Origin: Methanotrichaceae archaeon
GTDB lineage: Archaea; Halobacteriota; Methanosarcinia; Methanotrichales; Methanotrichaceae
DNA length: 64,000 nucleotides
Direction: 5' to 3'
Assembly: GCA_963803145.1 (NCBI GenBank)
Contig: CAWDLW010000012.1
Location: 128,001-192,000 of the forward strand
Part shown: positions 52,692-63,772 of the stretch, piece by piece
Layout: every line of letters begins with the position of its first letter
Position numbering within the stretch: position 1 is the stretch's first letter
Made by a program: the position numbers and the translations under genes
The notes under the pieces: generated by a model
What the model was told of the DNA's origin: nothing
Database searches by the model: none
Seen by the model: only the letters and a program-made list of their open reading frames with translations

Positions 52692-53829
52692 GAGGATTCC
52701 TATTTACTTGTATCCTAAGGGCGGTTTTTTTAAATCGACTCTAGATTTGCCTTACGATGTTCGCTATTCTTGGTCTAACCTGTTTTTTTTCAGTTAATTC
52801 TCGATAGCATCCGCTATCCCTAAATGACATTTGCCTTTTTAAGAGTACAAAGCTGATACAAGTTAAAAGCGAAAGCGGTAACTATCATTTTCACATGCAC
52901 TCTTCTGACTGATGTAACAAGCACTCTTCCAGCCTCGAAAACCCTCTTGATTACAGCATGGGGCCTTTCGCCAGGCGATCTGAGGATACTGATCAACTGA
53001 TTGCGTTCTTTATCAAGATCAGAAAGAGGTTTATCAGTAGTCCTGCGCTTCATTGTAAAATCAATACCTTTGGCCTTCACACCGAAATATCCTCTATCTC
53101 TGAAAACTGGCACGCCAGGGATAGAGAGATCAACCTGACTGTCATGCAGTGATGCAGTCGAGGTCTCTATATCACGTATTAGGCTGTAATCGATATCAGT
53201 TATTTGATGTAACTTATATCCGAAGTGAGTTTCATTGCCTTTCTTAGCCCATGTGCCATCCTTGCTGCGACGTGTCTTAGCCTCATCGCCACGTGGTTTC
53301 TTTGACTCCGATGATCCTGGATCTGCTTCTATAAAGGTAGCATCCTGAACAATTCCGCGTCTGATCTTCAATCCTTTTGCATCCAACTGTCTTTGAAGTT
53401 CAGCCCAAACAAGCCTATCTGTTCCTGTCTCCGCCATTCGTTCTTTGAATGACCATATAGTTCTGGAATCAGGGAACTGATCAGGAAAACCAAGAAATGC
53501 CATAAATGATATGCGATCAGCCATTTGCCGTTCAACAGCCAGATCGCTCAGGCCATACCACTGCTGGAGAATCAGGATCCTGAACATTAGAATAACATCA
53601 CAGTTGGGCCTTCCTCCCTTCTCGGTCTTATTAGTATACATCCCTTCCAGAAGAGGACGAAAGGGAACCCAATTGATCAATCCAGATACTTGAGCTAATT
53701 TAGACTCCTCTTGCTTTGCATTTAGACCTTTCAATACCCAAGTAGTAAAAGAATCCATAACAATAAATACTATTTGCTGTATTTAACACTTTCGATGCTA
53801 AAGCAGGGGGTAGGTTTATAGGAATCCTC
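52692..53829 (-). mobile_element. IS5-family insertion sequence, 1138 bp
   Basis: TIRs GAGGATTCCTATTTAC / GTTTATAGGAATCCTC (14/16); 4-bp TSD TACC at 52688-52691 and 53830-53833. Confidence 0.95.
52820..53758 (-). CDS. IS5-family DDE transposase (intact, 312 aa)
   Basis: GGRP..LQQWYGLSD..PDSRTIW, VQDATF, FGYKLH, DRGY, RSPGERP. Confidence 0.95.
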   Translation of the reverse strand: MDSFTTWVLKGLNAKQEESKLAQVSGLINWVPFRPLLEGMYTNKTEKGGRPNCDVILMFRILILQQWYGLSDLAVERQMADRISFMAFLGFPDQFPDSRTIWSFKERMAETGTDRLVWAELQRQLDAKGLKIRRGIVQDATFIEADPGSSESKKPRGDEAKTRRSKDGTWAKKGNETHFGYKLHQITDIDYSLIRDIETSTASLHDSQVDLSIPGVPVFRDRGYFGVKAKGIDFTMKRRTTDKPLSDLDKERNQLISILRSPGERPHAVIKRVFEAGRVLVTSVRRVHVKMIVTAFAFNLYQLCTLKKANVI

Positions 53830-55850
53830 TACCTATTGATAGATAAATAGTCCCTATATTCCCTAGAACTGTTTCTTCTCCGACAAGATCTTTAATTTCT
53901 TGGGAGATCTTAAGGCTTTTATTATAGAAATCTAATGCAATATGAGGCTTACCTAGTTTTAAATATATATTACCTAGATCACATAATGCTGTATATTCTC
54001 CCTTGATATCCCTTAAATAACATGAAATTTCCAATCGCTTTTCATGCATCTGAATACCCTGTTGAAATTTCCCAGTTTGCGAATAGATTCTGCCTAAAGA
54101 ACTCAAAGCTTTGCTTGCCCCTCTTAAATCCCCTCTCCCTAAATGGATTTCTAAAGCCTTCCGATACGATTCATCAGCTTTTTTTAACTTCCCCAGATGC
54201 TGATAAACCCTACCGAGATTGCCACAGGCGTTGCCTTCGCCATACTTATCTCCAATTTTATGGGCTATATGAAGAAATCTCTTAAAAAGTTTAAGGGCAT
54301 TATGGTAATCTCCAAAATGAATATTGGCGTTACCCATATTGCCTAGTACATAACACTCTAATTGGCGATTTCTAATCTTATGGGCGACAGCAAGTGCCTG
54401 ATTATAATAATCAATAGCAAGATGCATATCTCCTAGATCAGCACAAGCTAAGCCTAACAGATTAAGGAAAGCTCCCTCGTTGTTGTAATCTCCAATAGCA
54501 AGCGCAGCCTGTAAGCCTGCTTTGGCTACCTTAACTCTTTCTGTTGAATAGCCTTGTAAATCTAAGTAATTATCGAACATTAAGGTTATTTTACAGACAG
54601 CATCCCATTCACTAGCATCAAGGCAAGCAGATTGTAGCGCTAAAATATGAGCGCGATTAGTATCAATGATGATCTTACCTGGTAGACCCGGACCCCCTTG
54701 CTCCTTTAATAAGTTACAGTAATATTGAGCAAGGCGTAATAACATATCATGCTCCGTTACTAGATCTTTTCGTGCGTATGTATATGCTAATGTATGCGCT
54801 ACGTGATAGAACGTATCAGGTCTTATTATCAAACCGTAATCTACTAGCTCCCCCAAATGGCGATCAGCTTCATGTCTAGGTATATTTAAGGCTGTAGCGA
54901 TGAGTTCTGGACCAAAAGGGCTCATTGCTAATATGCCAGCCACCCTAAATGAGGCGCGTGATAACTCACTTAGCTGATCTAAGCTACGCTTCATTAATAC
55001 AGGTATACTTTGATGCTGCCGCTCTCCTAGGTCTAGGGCTGCCAGAGGTGTGGCCTCAAGCCATGCAAGATAATCCTCGGCTTGTTGATGGCATTGAGAC
55101 ATATATTTTCCTGCTAGAACGATCGCAAGGGGTAAGCCCCCCAGGAATTCACAAATCCTATTAGCTGATACTTCATCGGCTGCATAATTATGCCCCCATG
55201 CACGTAATAGCTGGATAGCTTGGTCTTGTGGTAAAGGTGATAAATCACTCCAATCGGCAGGAGCATCTCTATGACGTCGACTAGTAATGATAATACCACA
55301 ACTCACAGCAACCTCTAAGATTACATCCAAATTATCGGCAGATTCAGCACCATCTAATATAAGAAGGGCTTTGCGACCTGCCAATGCACGGCGAGCAGTA
55401 TCGATTGGGCTGGGTCGTGGATCTTCTCCAAATGCACGGGCTAATGCCTCTAAGGCAAGACTGGCCTGGGGTTGATGGTAAAATGTATGAAAAATCACTC
55501 CATCTGGAAATTGACTGGGGGGACTATTATCAGGGGCAAGGCGCCAAAGTATCTCAGATACAAGAGCAGTCTTGCCGATACCTCCTGGACCACATAATGT
55601 AACTGCATAACCAGGCTTTAATGAATCTAATAAGGTTGCAAGTTCCTTTTCACGGCCAACAAAATGGTGGGTTCGGGGCGGCTTCTGCAGAGGGATATGT
55701 AGTGAAAGAGACGGCGCGTTAATAATGACTGGCCCATGAAACTTTCCAGAAAGCACTGGGCCATCTGCATTTCCCCTTATGTTAGTCTGGGAACCATCTC
55801 CAGCTTTATCCTGTTGGCTCATGGTGGATTCCCTTTATTATCCGATATTT

Positions 55851-56288
55851 TCATTTGGATTCTCTTGCGTTAACTGAACCGTGGAAATTGCCTGAAAGCA
55901 CAGGGCCATTTACATTACCAGCGATGTTTGTCTGTGAGCCATGGATTATTTGTCCACGCTGATCGAAAACACTGCTGGCTGTACCTTTCTCTTCAATTGC
56001 TTCAATTAACTTGCCTACTTCTTCAGCGAACTTCGTGTCCTTTTCCATTTTTTCAGCTAAGACATCCTTAAGTGCTGCCTGCCTATCTTCTGACTCAGGT
56101 TTCTCTTTTGCGCGAGCTAGCGTTTGCTCGGCGAATGTGTCTCCTTTGAATTTATTCTCGACTGCCTGGCATAATTCCACAAACTTTTTGCCGAGTCCCT
56201 CGCCAGCAGTTTTGATAAATGAATCTCCTCCCTTGGCAAGATAGGGGGCTGCTGCAGCTGCGATTAATCCAACATCGACAGGTAACAT
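55851..56288 (-). CDS. Small helical (Bell/HeLo-like) putative effector with C-terminal amyloid-like motif
   Basis: Hydrophobic N-terminal helix (VGLIAAAAAPYL), helical body, C-terminal GSQTNIAGNVNGPVLSGNFHGSV matching the NLR N-terminus; ends 28 nt before the NLR ATG. Confidence 0.8.
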   Translation of the reverse strand: MLPVDVGLIAAAAAPYLAKGGDSFIKTAGEGLGKKFVELCQAVENKFKGDTFAEQTLARAKEKPESEDRQAALKDVLAEKMEKDTKFAEEVGKLIEAIEEKGTASSVFDQRGQIIHGSQTNIAGNVNGPVLSGNFHGSVNARESK

Positions 56289-56441
56289 ATTGCCCGAACC
56301 TCGGATGCTTTCTTAGGGGTATGGAGTGATAAATTTTATCCTATCGCTTATTGTAAAACCTACTGAACATAATGGGCTGTTAATATGATTAATATGGCGG
56401 TATCTTAAGCCTGAATGCCTTTAACAATTCACTAAAGGAGA

Positions 56442-57760
56442 CTATTTATCACGCTTTTGTTTTTCAATAGGGCTGTCGAGCGTAACTTCATGAATGAAAG
56501 TTCCTGAAAGTACGTGTCCATGCACATCGCCGTAAATATTCGTTATGGCTTTTGCTCCTATGAACAAAGAGGTTAATAAGACCAGCTTTAAAGTTTCAAA
56601 TCTCTGTTCTAATGTTGCTGTATCTTGAGATTCTAATAGAGCAAGGGTTTCAAGATACTCTTGTGCCTCCTTGGGAAATTTTTTGCAGTGAAGCTTCAGA
56701 AGTGGAACAATCTCCAGCAAATAACGATCTGCAGCTATTGGTGAGCTGATATCTTTCAACCCCTTAGTTGCATCGTAAGTAAGCTTTCCGAAATCTTCAA
56801 GAGCAGTTCCCTTAGAGCTTTTACAGAGCTTCCGTGCTGCATCCTCTACATCCTTAAATATAGTCTTGATTTTATCATCGATGATCGGGATTCCCCTTTC
56901 AACCATAGCAGCATCTACTACCTTGGAAGCAAAAGGTGCTCTGCCCCTTACCCTCTCCAAGCAATCCACTGCCTGGAAGCAATATCTAGTGTAGGCTTTG
57001 AGATCCTGTTTCCGAGATATCATATCTTCCACGGTATATGTCTTGACCTCCCAGAGAGCCTTAGATAGGTTATCCACAGCTTCAAGGAGGATCTCCTCCA
57101 TACTCTCAGAGACTTTTACTGCCTCCTTAGCCTCTTAGCCTCAGCTAGATATCTCTGGATCTCCTCTGCCTTAGATACATCTCTAAACAAAAGACTGTGT
57201 AGTGATTTATAAAAGGGCAGACAAAAAACAGCATGGTTCTCATTTCTCCAATTCCCCGGGCTATCCGAGGATTTTTGGAAGAATTCGATCGCTTCTTCTA
57301 GGTGAGCTTTGAGATCCCTATCATCGGCCTCAGTTGCCTTGAAGATGCATGCCCGACCTAAGGAATGATAGGAGATAGACCTGATGGCTTCATCCTTCTC
57401 CTTAGAGAGCCTATCTAATTCTCTCCAAACTAGAGACTTGTAAGGCAAGCTAGGGAATAACGATCCAAGCACGCAGCCTACTTCCCATCGTACATAGCGA
57501 TTCCGGTCATTAGCTAATCTGTGAAGATCCTGCCATACAAGATGATCGCTAGGCAAGTTAGGGAACGCCAACTCAATCGCGGCAACTGCATATTTTCGCA
57601 CAAGAAAATGGTGATCCTGGGTTAGCCTATGTAGGTCTTGCCAGGCAGCTTCTTTGTCATCCAGATGGTCAAACTCGTTTCCGAGCAGTGTTGCAGCATG
57701 TTGCCTATGTTCTGTACTCTCAGAAATTGACATCTCATGGATCTCTGCGTAGGATACCAA
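56442..57760 (-). pseudogene. HEAT-repeat protein with C-terminal amyloid-like motif, frameshifted by an 8-bp duplication
   Basis: AWQDLHRL..D...VR HEAT-like repeats; TTAGCCTC x2 at 57127-57142; removing one copy joins ORFs 57116-57760 and 56442-57101 (436 aa); C-terminal TNIYGDVHGHVLSGTF. Confidence 0.8.
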
Positions 57761-57890
57761 GGACTAGCACCAGCGAGTACATACTTAAAAGAGCTTATAA
57801 GTTTATGCCTTTCCATGGCCGCCGCTAATCTACATCTTTTAGATACTAACGAGATATAACTATCATGGATCAAAACCACTAATATTCCTC

Positions 57891-58115
57891 TTAGCCTTTA
57901 TTCTCCTTTCTCATCACCTCCACCCGCACCGAAAACACTGCCGACTCTAATGGCTCATCCAGCGTATAGAATGCCTCTCTTGAATGCTTCTTGGCCATTT
58001 CGGCGATCATCTGACCGTAAATCTGGTCTTCCTTCTTCAGCGCCTTCGAAGCCTTCAGCCACCTTGTCGAGACTTCCTTCACGGCCATTCTCACGATCTC
58101 AATACTTCGGCCCAC
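57891..58115 (-). CDS. Small helical protein resembling the MGR-start proteins usually encoded beside archaeal PolB2 genes
   Basis: MGRS..VRM..K....RW.KA.KALKKEDQ..G...A.MAK.HS...F....EPLESAVFSV; family recognised from memory only. Confidence 0.55.
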   Translation of the reverse strand: MGRSIEIVRMAVKEVSTRWLKASKALKKEDQIYGQMIAEMAKKHSREAFYTLDEPLESAVFSVRVEVMRKENKG

Positions 58116-58154
58116 GCTATCTACCTATAGGAGAGGGATAACTTTAGCGATTAA

Positions 58155-58400
58155 AGGACAACTCGTAACATAGGGTCCTTATAATTATATTTGGCATCCC
58201 TCTTATACCGGCGGCCTGCTAATTTTTGTAAGGGTATCCTTGGCGATTGGGACTTGGCTTGGGGCGATCTTTGCTCTTGCTGCAAACTTGATAGCTTACC
58301 GTTACCGCATTCGAGTTGAAGAAGAGGCGTTGCAAGAGGCTTTTGGCTCCGATTACGAAGTGTATAGAAGAAGAACTTGGAAATTATTTCCAGGCTTTTA
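58155..58400 (+). pseudogene. Isoprenylcysteine carboxyl methyltransferase-like 3' fragment
   Basis: GQLVT*GPYNYIWHPSYTG ... RIRVEEEALQEAFGSDYEVYRRRTWKLFP; stop and frameshift. Confidence 0.7.
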
Positions 58401-58679
58401 AAAGAAGGCACGAAGAAAGCATGGCCAAAGTTAGAATCCCTTGTGGCTGCGAGTATCAACCTTAAGGAGAAAACAGCATGCTGCAGCTCAAAAATCGATA
58501 TTTGCGAGTATCAGCGAGTATCAAAATGACCCCAATATGGGTAATCACTGATATACTCATTGCCTGCAAAAGCAAGAGCCAATAATCATTCGCGGCGACA
58601 GCTATGATTAGGTGCAAGGAGTTAGAAGAAAAAGATATGGTGTATAAAGTAGAGTATAGAAAAAACATGGATGGCATGG

Positions 58680-58892
58680 ATGGTAACGCATTATCACTCA
58701 GACCATGCTGGGTTGGCCCAGGAGGTTAAACTGAAGGGCGTCCGGCTTGTCGTCCTAGAAAATCGGATGCCATTTATCCCAAAGCTGCGAACATAGATGA
58801 AGCCAAGCAGTCCTTACATTGAGATTGCTCTTGATGATAACCTCAGTCTCAGCTTCAAAGACAGCCGAGCTTTCTTGCAGCGTTTTGCATAA
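58680..58892 (+). pseudogene. Metallo-beta-lactamase-fold hydrolase fragment
   Basis: VTHYHSDHAG (HxHxDH) motif, internal TAG, no intact N-terminus. Confidence 0.6.
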
Positions 58893-59048
58893 TGGGCCTG
58901 TCAGGCGTCTGAAGAGCCCGACGATTAATAGGACGAATGATAGTAGCTATTAGGATAATCTTTAATAATTTCCCATTAAATTATGGCTAAGATACATGAT
59001 AAACTTAGAATTGTTATGCGTAACTATCTCAAGGTGGAGGTTAATAGA

Positions 59049-59705
59049 ATGAGGCTGACAAGCGTCTTGTTATTGGCCATATTGCTTTTATGTTTATCTG
59101 TTCATGCTGCTGATGATGATTATTACCTAGGCGCTGCCGCAGTGCCAAGCATTCCAGCGCCGAATATGGATGTGCCAAGTCCTGTCGTCTCAGCCCCGAA
59201 TATGGGCATGACGGATACAAAACCTGCGCCTTTAGTTAAGCCAAACAACATTAATCCGAGCAATAATCTTAATCCAACCTCCAATCAAACCTCGAATAAA
59301 GTCGGCAATGTGAGCGCCGATCAGACTCAAGTGGCACAAATACAACAAACAGCCAAGACAATGGATGTAAGCGGCAAATGGTTGATAATGTTCGACGATG
59401 GATCTGACAGGTCGCTTGATCTGACACTATGGCAATCTGCCGGAGCTGCAGGAATCATGGGTTTCGGCACTTTGACTGAAGAGGGCACAAAGAATTCTGT
59501 GACTGCCAGCGGATCTGTAACAGCTGAGGAGCTCAAATTAACCGCTAAGCTAGCCACGCCCGAACAGGCCAATCTGAAGTACGACGAGTGTGATCTCGAC
59601 CTGCATAATGTGAATGATACCCTATCAGGAACTTATGTCCTGAGATCCGCCGGTCAGTTTTTAGTGAAGGGGAATGCAACAGCAGAGACGGCTCCCGCTT
59701 CATAG
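59049..59705 (+). CDS. Secreted hypothetical protein
   Basis: GGTGGAGG RBS, signal peptide, Pro/Asn-rich linker, beta-rich C-terminal domain. Confidence 0.7.
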   Translation: MRLTSVLLLAILLLCLSVHAADDDYYLGAAAVPSIPAPNMDVPSPVVSAPNMGMTDTKPAPLVKPNNINPSNNLNPTSNQTSNKVGNVSADQTQVAQIQQTAKTMDVSGKWLIMFDDGSDRSLDLTLWQSAGAAGIMGFGTLTEEGTKNSVTASGSVTAEELKLTAKLATPEQANLKYDECDLDLHNVNDTLSGTYVLRSAGQFLVKGNATAETAPAS

Positions 59706-59967
59706 ACATTTAAGAATTCAAAATCTAGAGGGATCTGCCTCCTTCATAGGCATTAGCTTTTTGAATTTTTTTATAAAGGCTTATGCTAATGCACTGTCAT
59801 TATTGGCTATCTTAGCTGTTATTTGGTTAATGGAGTAATCCCCAGTTTGCCAACGGAAACATTAATTAGCATTAACTTCCATTAATAAAAACTAAATAAA
59901 GGATAATGATCCTTGCCTATTAGACATAGTTCACAGCGAAATTAAGGCGCAACGGCGGAGTTACTTC

Positions 59968-62421
59968 ATGGATGACAGCATAATAATGAAAAAGTTGCTA
60001 CATGAAGCTTTTAACAATAAAAAACAGTTAATCTCTTTCCGAAGCGCCCTAATACTTGGGGCCTGCATTATTCTTGGTAACATAGTGATAGTTGTCTCGC
60101 TAAGAGATAACCTAGCGCTTATCAGGACAGTTGGCGATTTTGTAGCTCCTCTAATAGAGCTTTTTTCGGTATTCTGTATGGCCTATGCAGCTAGCAATTT
60201 CAAAAAATCAGGAGAGCAGGTATGGCTCGCCTGGGTTATTCTCGCTGCTGCCCAGTTCTCTTATGCGATTGGAGATGTTGTATGGTCCATAATCGAATTA
60301 GGACAACATCGATTACCCTTCCCATCGCGAGCGGATGGATTTTATCTGATGTTTTACCCTCTATTTGCTGCAGGTATTCTTCTTTTGCCCAAAAGACCCA
60401 TGGCCTCAGGTGACAGGATTAAGGTACTATTGGACACTGGCATCGTGATGATTGCCTCCATTTTGCTGTTTTGGGCATTCTTGATCGCTCCGGCCGTTAA
60501 GTCCTTTTCGGGGACAGATGCCTTTACTGTGATTCTTGCTGTGGGCTATCCCATAATGGATCTGCTGCTAATCTTTACGCTGATAGAGCTATTGCTCAGA
60601 AGGCTAAGTTACACAGAAATCAGCCCGTTGGCTCTATTAACAGCTAGCATAGTGATAATGATCATCACTGATATAATTTTCATGAACCAATCATTACAGA
60701 GGAAGTACATCTCAGGTGGCTTGTTGGACACGGGGTGGTATGCAAGCTTTTTATTGATGGGGCTTGCCGGCATACTTCAGGCAAATTCACAGCGATTCAA
60801 TCTACCATCCCTATCTTTAGTACCTGAACCCAAGCCTAGATACGTCCAGTTTACGTGGCCTCTTTATTTTCCTTATATATTGGCGGGAGTTGCCTACATT
60901 CTTCTTATCTACAATTACAATCACCCGTTTCCCATAGCATTTTCCACTATGGCTCTAAGTGTGGGCTGCATCGTTGGCCTTGTAATCATCCGTCAGATTG
61001 TTGCCTTAAAAGAAAACTCCAGGCTGTATGGGATGACCCTAAAGGAGATTGCTGAACGCAATAAAAAAGAAGAAGAGATCAAGAGGCTCAACGAAGAGCT
61101 GGAAGTTCGGGTTATCGAGCGCACTGCAGAGCTCGACGATACAAACAAAAGGCTGCGAAATGAGATCCTTGAACGTGAAAAGACTGAAGAGGATCTGCAT
61201 AAGGCCAAAGAAGCAGCGGAAGCTGCAATGACAGCTAAATCTGAGTTCCTCGCCATTATGAGCCATGAGATAAGGACCCCAATGAATGCAGTCATTGGAA
61301 TGACCGGTTTCCTCCTGGATTCTAATCTCGATAAAGAGCAGCGTGAACACGTTGAGATTATAAGAAATAGCGGCAATGCTCTTCTCTCTGTAATAAATGA
61401 TATTCTTGACTTCTCTAAAATCGAGAACGGTAAGATGGTGCTGGAGAGCCAAGCATTTGATCTTAGAAGTTTTATTAAAGCCAGCATGGATTTGGTAGCT
61501 AACAATGCCGCCGAGAAAGGCCTGAAGCTGGTATGTATAATAGAAGATTCTGTGCCTAGTGCAATCATAAGCGATCCGACTAGGCTACGTCAGATCTTGG
61601 TCAATCTGCTCAGCAACGCCGTCAAGTTTACTGATAAAGGCGAGGTCGAGATATCCGTCACCTCCCAGACGATTAAGGATGGCAGATGCGAGCTTCACTT
61701 TGCTATCAGGGATACTGGGATTGGGATACCAAAGGATAGAATGGACAGGCTCTTCCAATCATTCAGCCAGATCGATATGACCACCACTCGGAAGTATGGT
61801 GGAACAGGTTTAGGACTGGCCATAAGCAAGCGCCTTGTCGAAATCATGGGCGGCAAGATCTGGGCGGAAAGCGAGTCGGGGATAGGATCTACATTTCACT
61901 TTATGCTTTCGGTTGATACGTCATTGGATCATTTCCCCAAGCCTGAAGAGGCTCCTTATCGATCAAAGGGCAATGTTCATGCTAACGCTAATGCTAATTT
62001 GCGCATCCTCCTTGTAGAGGATAATGTGATCAATCGGAAGGTCATGTTGCATATGCTCAAGAAGCTGGGCTATAGAGCAGAGGTAGCTGCAGATGGCATG
62101 GAGGCTCTCAGGATTCTAAATCTCGAGCATTATGACATTGTGCTTATGGATATACAGATGCCGGGGATGGATGGCATTGAGGCCACAAAGGAGATACGCA
62201 AACGTTGGCCCAATGGGCCGGTGGTCGTTGCTCTCACTGCCTATGCATTGGATGGTGACCGAGAGCGATGCATGGAGGCAGGCATGGATGGATACATTAG
62301 CAAGCCTGTGAAGATAGAGGAGCTGGAAGCTGTGCTGCTGAATTGCGAGGATAAAATAGCAGAACGATCGGGTTCCTACAAAAAGGAGAGCGAGATAACT
62401 GGGCTTGTCAATAACACCTAG
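59968..62421 (+). CDS. Membrane-bound hybrid sensor histidine kinase with receiver domain
   Basis: Multi-TM N-terminus; [32 protein letters not shown]; LVEDN..MDIQMP..KP. Confidence 0.95.
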   Translation: MDDSIIMKKLLHEAFNNKKQLISFRSALILGACIILGNIVIVVSLRDNLALIRTVGDFVAPLIELFSVFCMAYAASNFKKSGEQVWLAWVILAAAQFSYAIGDVVWSIIELGQHRLPFPSRADGFYLMFYPLFAAGILLLPKRPMASGDRIKVLLDTGIVMIASILLFWAFLIAPAVKSFSGTDAFTVILAVGYPIMDLLLIFTLIELLLRRLSYTEISPLALLTASIVIMIITDIIFMNQSLQRKYISGGLLDTGWYASFLLMGLAGILQANSQRFNLPSLSLVPEPKPRYVQFTWPLYFPYILAGVAYILLIYNYNHPFPIAFSTMALSVGCIVGLVIIRQIVALKENSRLYGMTLKEIAERNKKEEEIKRLNEELEVRVIERTAELDDTNKRLRNEILEREKTEEDLHKAKEAAEAAMTAKSEFLAIMSHEIRTPMNAVIGMTGFLLDSNLDKEQREHVEIIRNSGNALLSVINDILDFSKIENGKMVLESQAFDLRSFIKASMDLVANNAAEKGLKLVCIIEDSVPSAIISDPTRLRQILVNLLSNAVKFTDKGEVEISVTSQTIKDGRCELHFAIRDTGIGIPKDRMDRLFQSFSQIDMTTTRKYGGTGLGLAISKRLVEIMGGKIWAESESGIGSTFHFMLSVDTSLDHFPKPEEAPYRSKGNVHANANANLRILLVEDNVINRKVMLHMLKKLGYRAEVAADGMEALRILNLEHYDIVLMDIQMPGMDGIEATKEIRKRWPNGPVVVALTAYALDGDRERCMEAGMDGYISKPVKIEELEAVLLNCEDKIAERSGSYKKESEITGLVNNT

Positions 62422-62511
62422 GCTGAGATATGAGCACTAGCTCCGTTTTACAGTGGTCTCTCCTCCTAGAAAACGCCATCGATGTTCGGCGAATCTGTTG
62501 GCACGGGCTGG

Positions 62512-63189
62512 TTATAGTCCCACATTTCCACAATCCTGTTGCTTGTTTATGATGTTGGGTGCTGTCTTCCATGATGATTCTCCCTTGTGACTCCGGATCG
62601 ACTGAATCTCCTCGGCCGACCAATCTGGAATATGCAGATTCAATTGTTTCACTTTAACGACTAGCGTGGGCCAATCTCCAGGGTTTGGAGCTATCTGGGT
62701 GTATTCCTCCTGCCAAGGTGTCCCTGCCAGGTTTTCAGGCTTTAAATTCTCCATTCCTGCAACGAGCCCTGGTTGGAATCCGCTATTGTTGTAGGTAACT
62801 GAGGCGACCACAAGCTTGCGCACCAGATCAGGCTGATGGATGGCAATCTGAAGGGCTATGCCAGCACCCATGCTGTAGCCGAAGACATCAGCTTCCTTTA
62901 TCCCGATGTGCCTCAGCAGGGCGGCCGTATCCTCCGCCATCCGATTGATAGTCAGCGGGCGATCGATGTCAGCCGTGTGTCCATGTGCCTGCTGCTCGAT
63001 TGCGATGACCTGACGGGTCCTGGCAAGGGACGGCAGGAGCTTTCCGAAAGATGTGCCGATTGCCGATAATGCACCGTGAAGCAGGACCAGCGGCCTGCCA
63101 GTGCCGTGGATCTCGTAATACATATTGAGACCATTCACAGATGCATAGCCCCTCTCAGAGACAGTTGTTATCTTGTTCTTTGTCATCAT
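62512..63189 (-). CDS. Alpha/beta hydrolase, probably 3'-truncated
   Basis: LVLLHG, GYSMG; sequence after WSAEEIQSI diverges and lacks the usual Asp/His catalytic segment. Confidence 0.75.
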   Translation of the reverse strand: MMTKNKITTVSERGYASVNGLNMYYEIHGTGRPLVLLHGALSAIGTSFGKLLPSLARTRQVIAIEQQAHGHTADIDRPLTINRMAEDTAALLRHIGIKEADVFGYSMGAGIALQIAIHQPDLVRKLVVASVTYNNSGFQPGLVAGMENLKPENLAGTPWQEEYTQIAPNPGDWPTLVVKVKQLNLHIPDWSAEEIQSIRSHKGESSWKTAPNIINKQQDCGNVGL

Positions 63190-63199
63190 GATTTTCCTT

Positions 63200-63772
63200 T
63201 CATCTTTTATAGTGAAGCAAAACGTTTCCGGACTTGAAGGTCTTTGTTTCTAAAAGCTCAAGGTCAAGCTTTTTAACTCCGGCAAACAGCGTTTTTCCTG
63301 CTCCCAAAATAACAGGAGTTACCGCAATCAAGTACTCATCAAGTAATCCAGCCGCTGTAAGTTGCTGCACAATTGTGCCGCTGCCAAATATTAGGATATC
63401 AGATCCTTTTTCCTGTTTCAACTTGTCTACCTCTTCTGCTACATCGCCCTTAACCAGTTTGGTATTCTCCCAAGAAACTTCTTTCAAGGTCTTTGAGAAA
63501 ACTACTTTGGTCATCTGATTTAGCTCGTTTGCAGTAGTCCGTGCATCTTTGGGAGCTTTTGGATCAGCAGCGATCTTTGGCCAGACACTTTCAAATAGCT
63601 GAAAAGTCACTCGCCCGAGCAAAACAGTACCGGGCGAAACCATGCCTGGTCGGCTCATTTCGTGTAGCGCTTTATCAAGTTCGGGGTCCCTTATAAACCA
63701 ATCAATTTCTCCGTTTGGCCCAGCAAAAAAGCCGTCAACGGAAACTCTATTAAACATTATAACTTTTCTCAT
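63200..63772 (-). CDS. Dihydrofolate reductase-like / RibD C-terminal domain protein
   Basis: VSVDGFFAG, LLGRVTF, KVVFS, IFGSG, PVILGAG. Confidence 0.9.
   Translation of the reverse strand: MRKVIMFNRVSVDGFFAGPNGEIDWFIRDPELDKALHEMSRPGMVSPGTVLLGRVTFQLFESVWPKIAADPKAPKDARTTANELNQMTKVVFSKTLKEVSWENTKLVKGDVAEEVDKLKQEKGSDILIFGSGTIVQQLTAAGLLDEYLIAVTPVILGAGKTLFAGVKKLDLELLETKTFKSGNVLLHYKR

Larger units (their letters stand above)
52218..55822 (-). pseudogene. STAND NTPase (NB-ARC) + TPR NLR-like protein with N-terminal amyloid-like motif, interrupted by IS5
   Basis: FVGRE, Walker A GPGGIGKT, Walker B LLILDGAE, GGLPLAI, ~40-aa TPRs; removing the IS and one TACC restores an open 820-aa frame (..IYLSIG|KLQYAIEFYKKAL..). 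Confidence 0.92.

Noticed and set aside
58792-58800. In-frame TAG in the MBL fragment as a pyrrolysine codon
   Set aside because: The gene is otherwise fragmentary and no pyl genes are in the window
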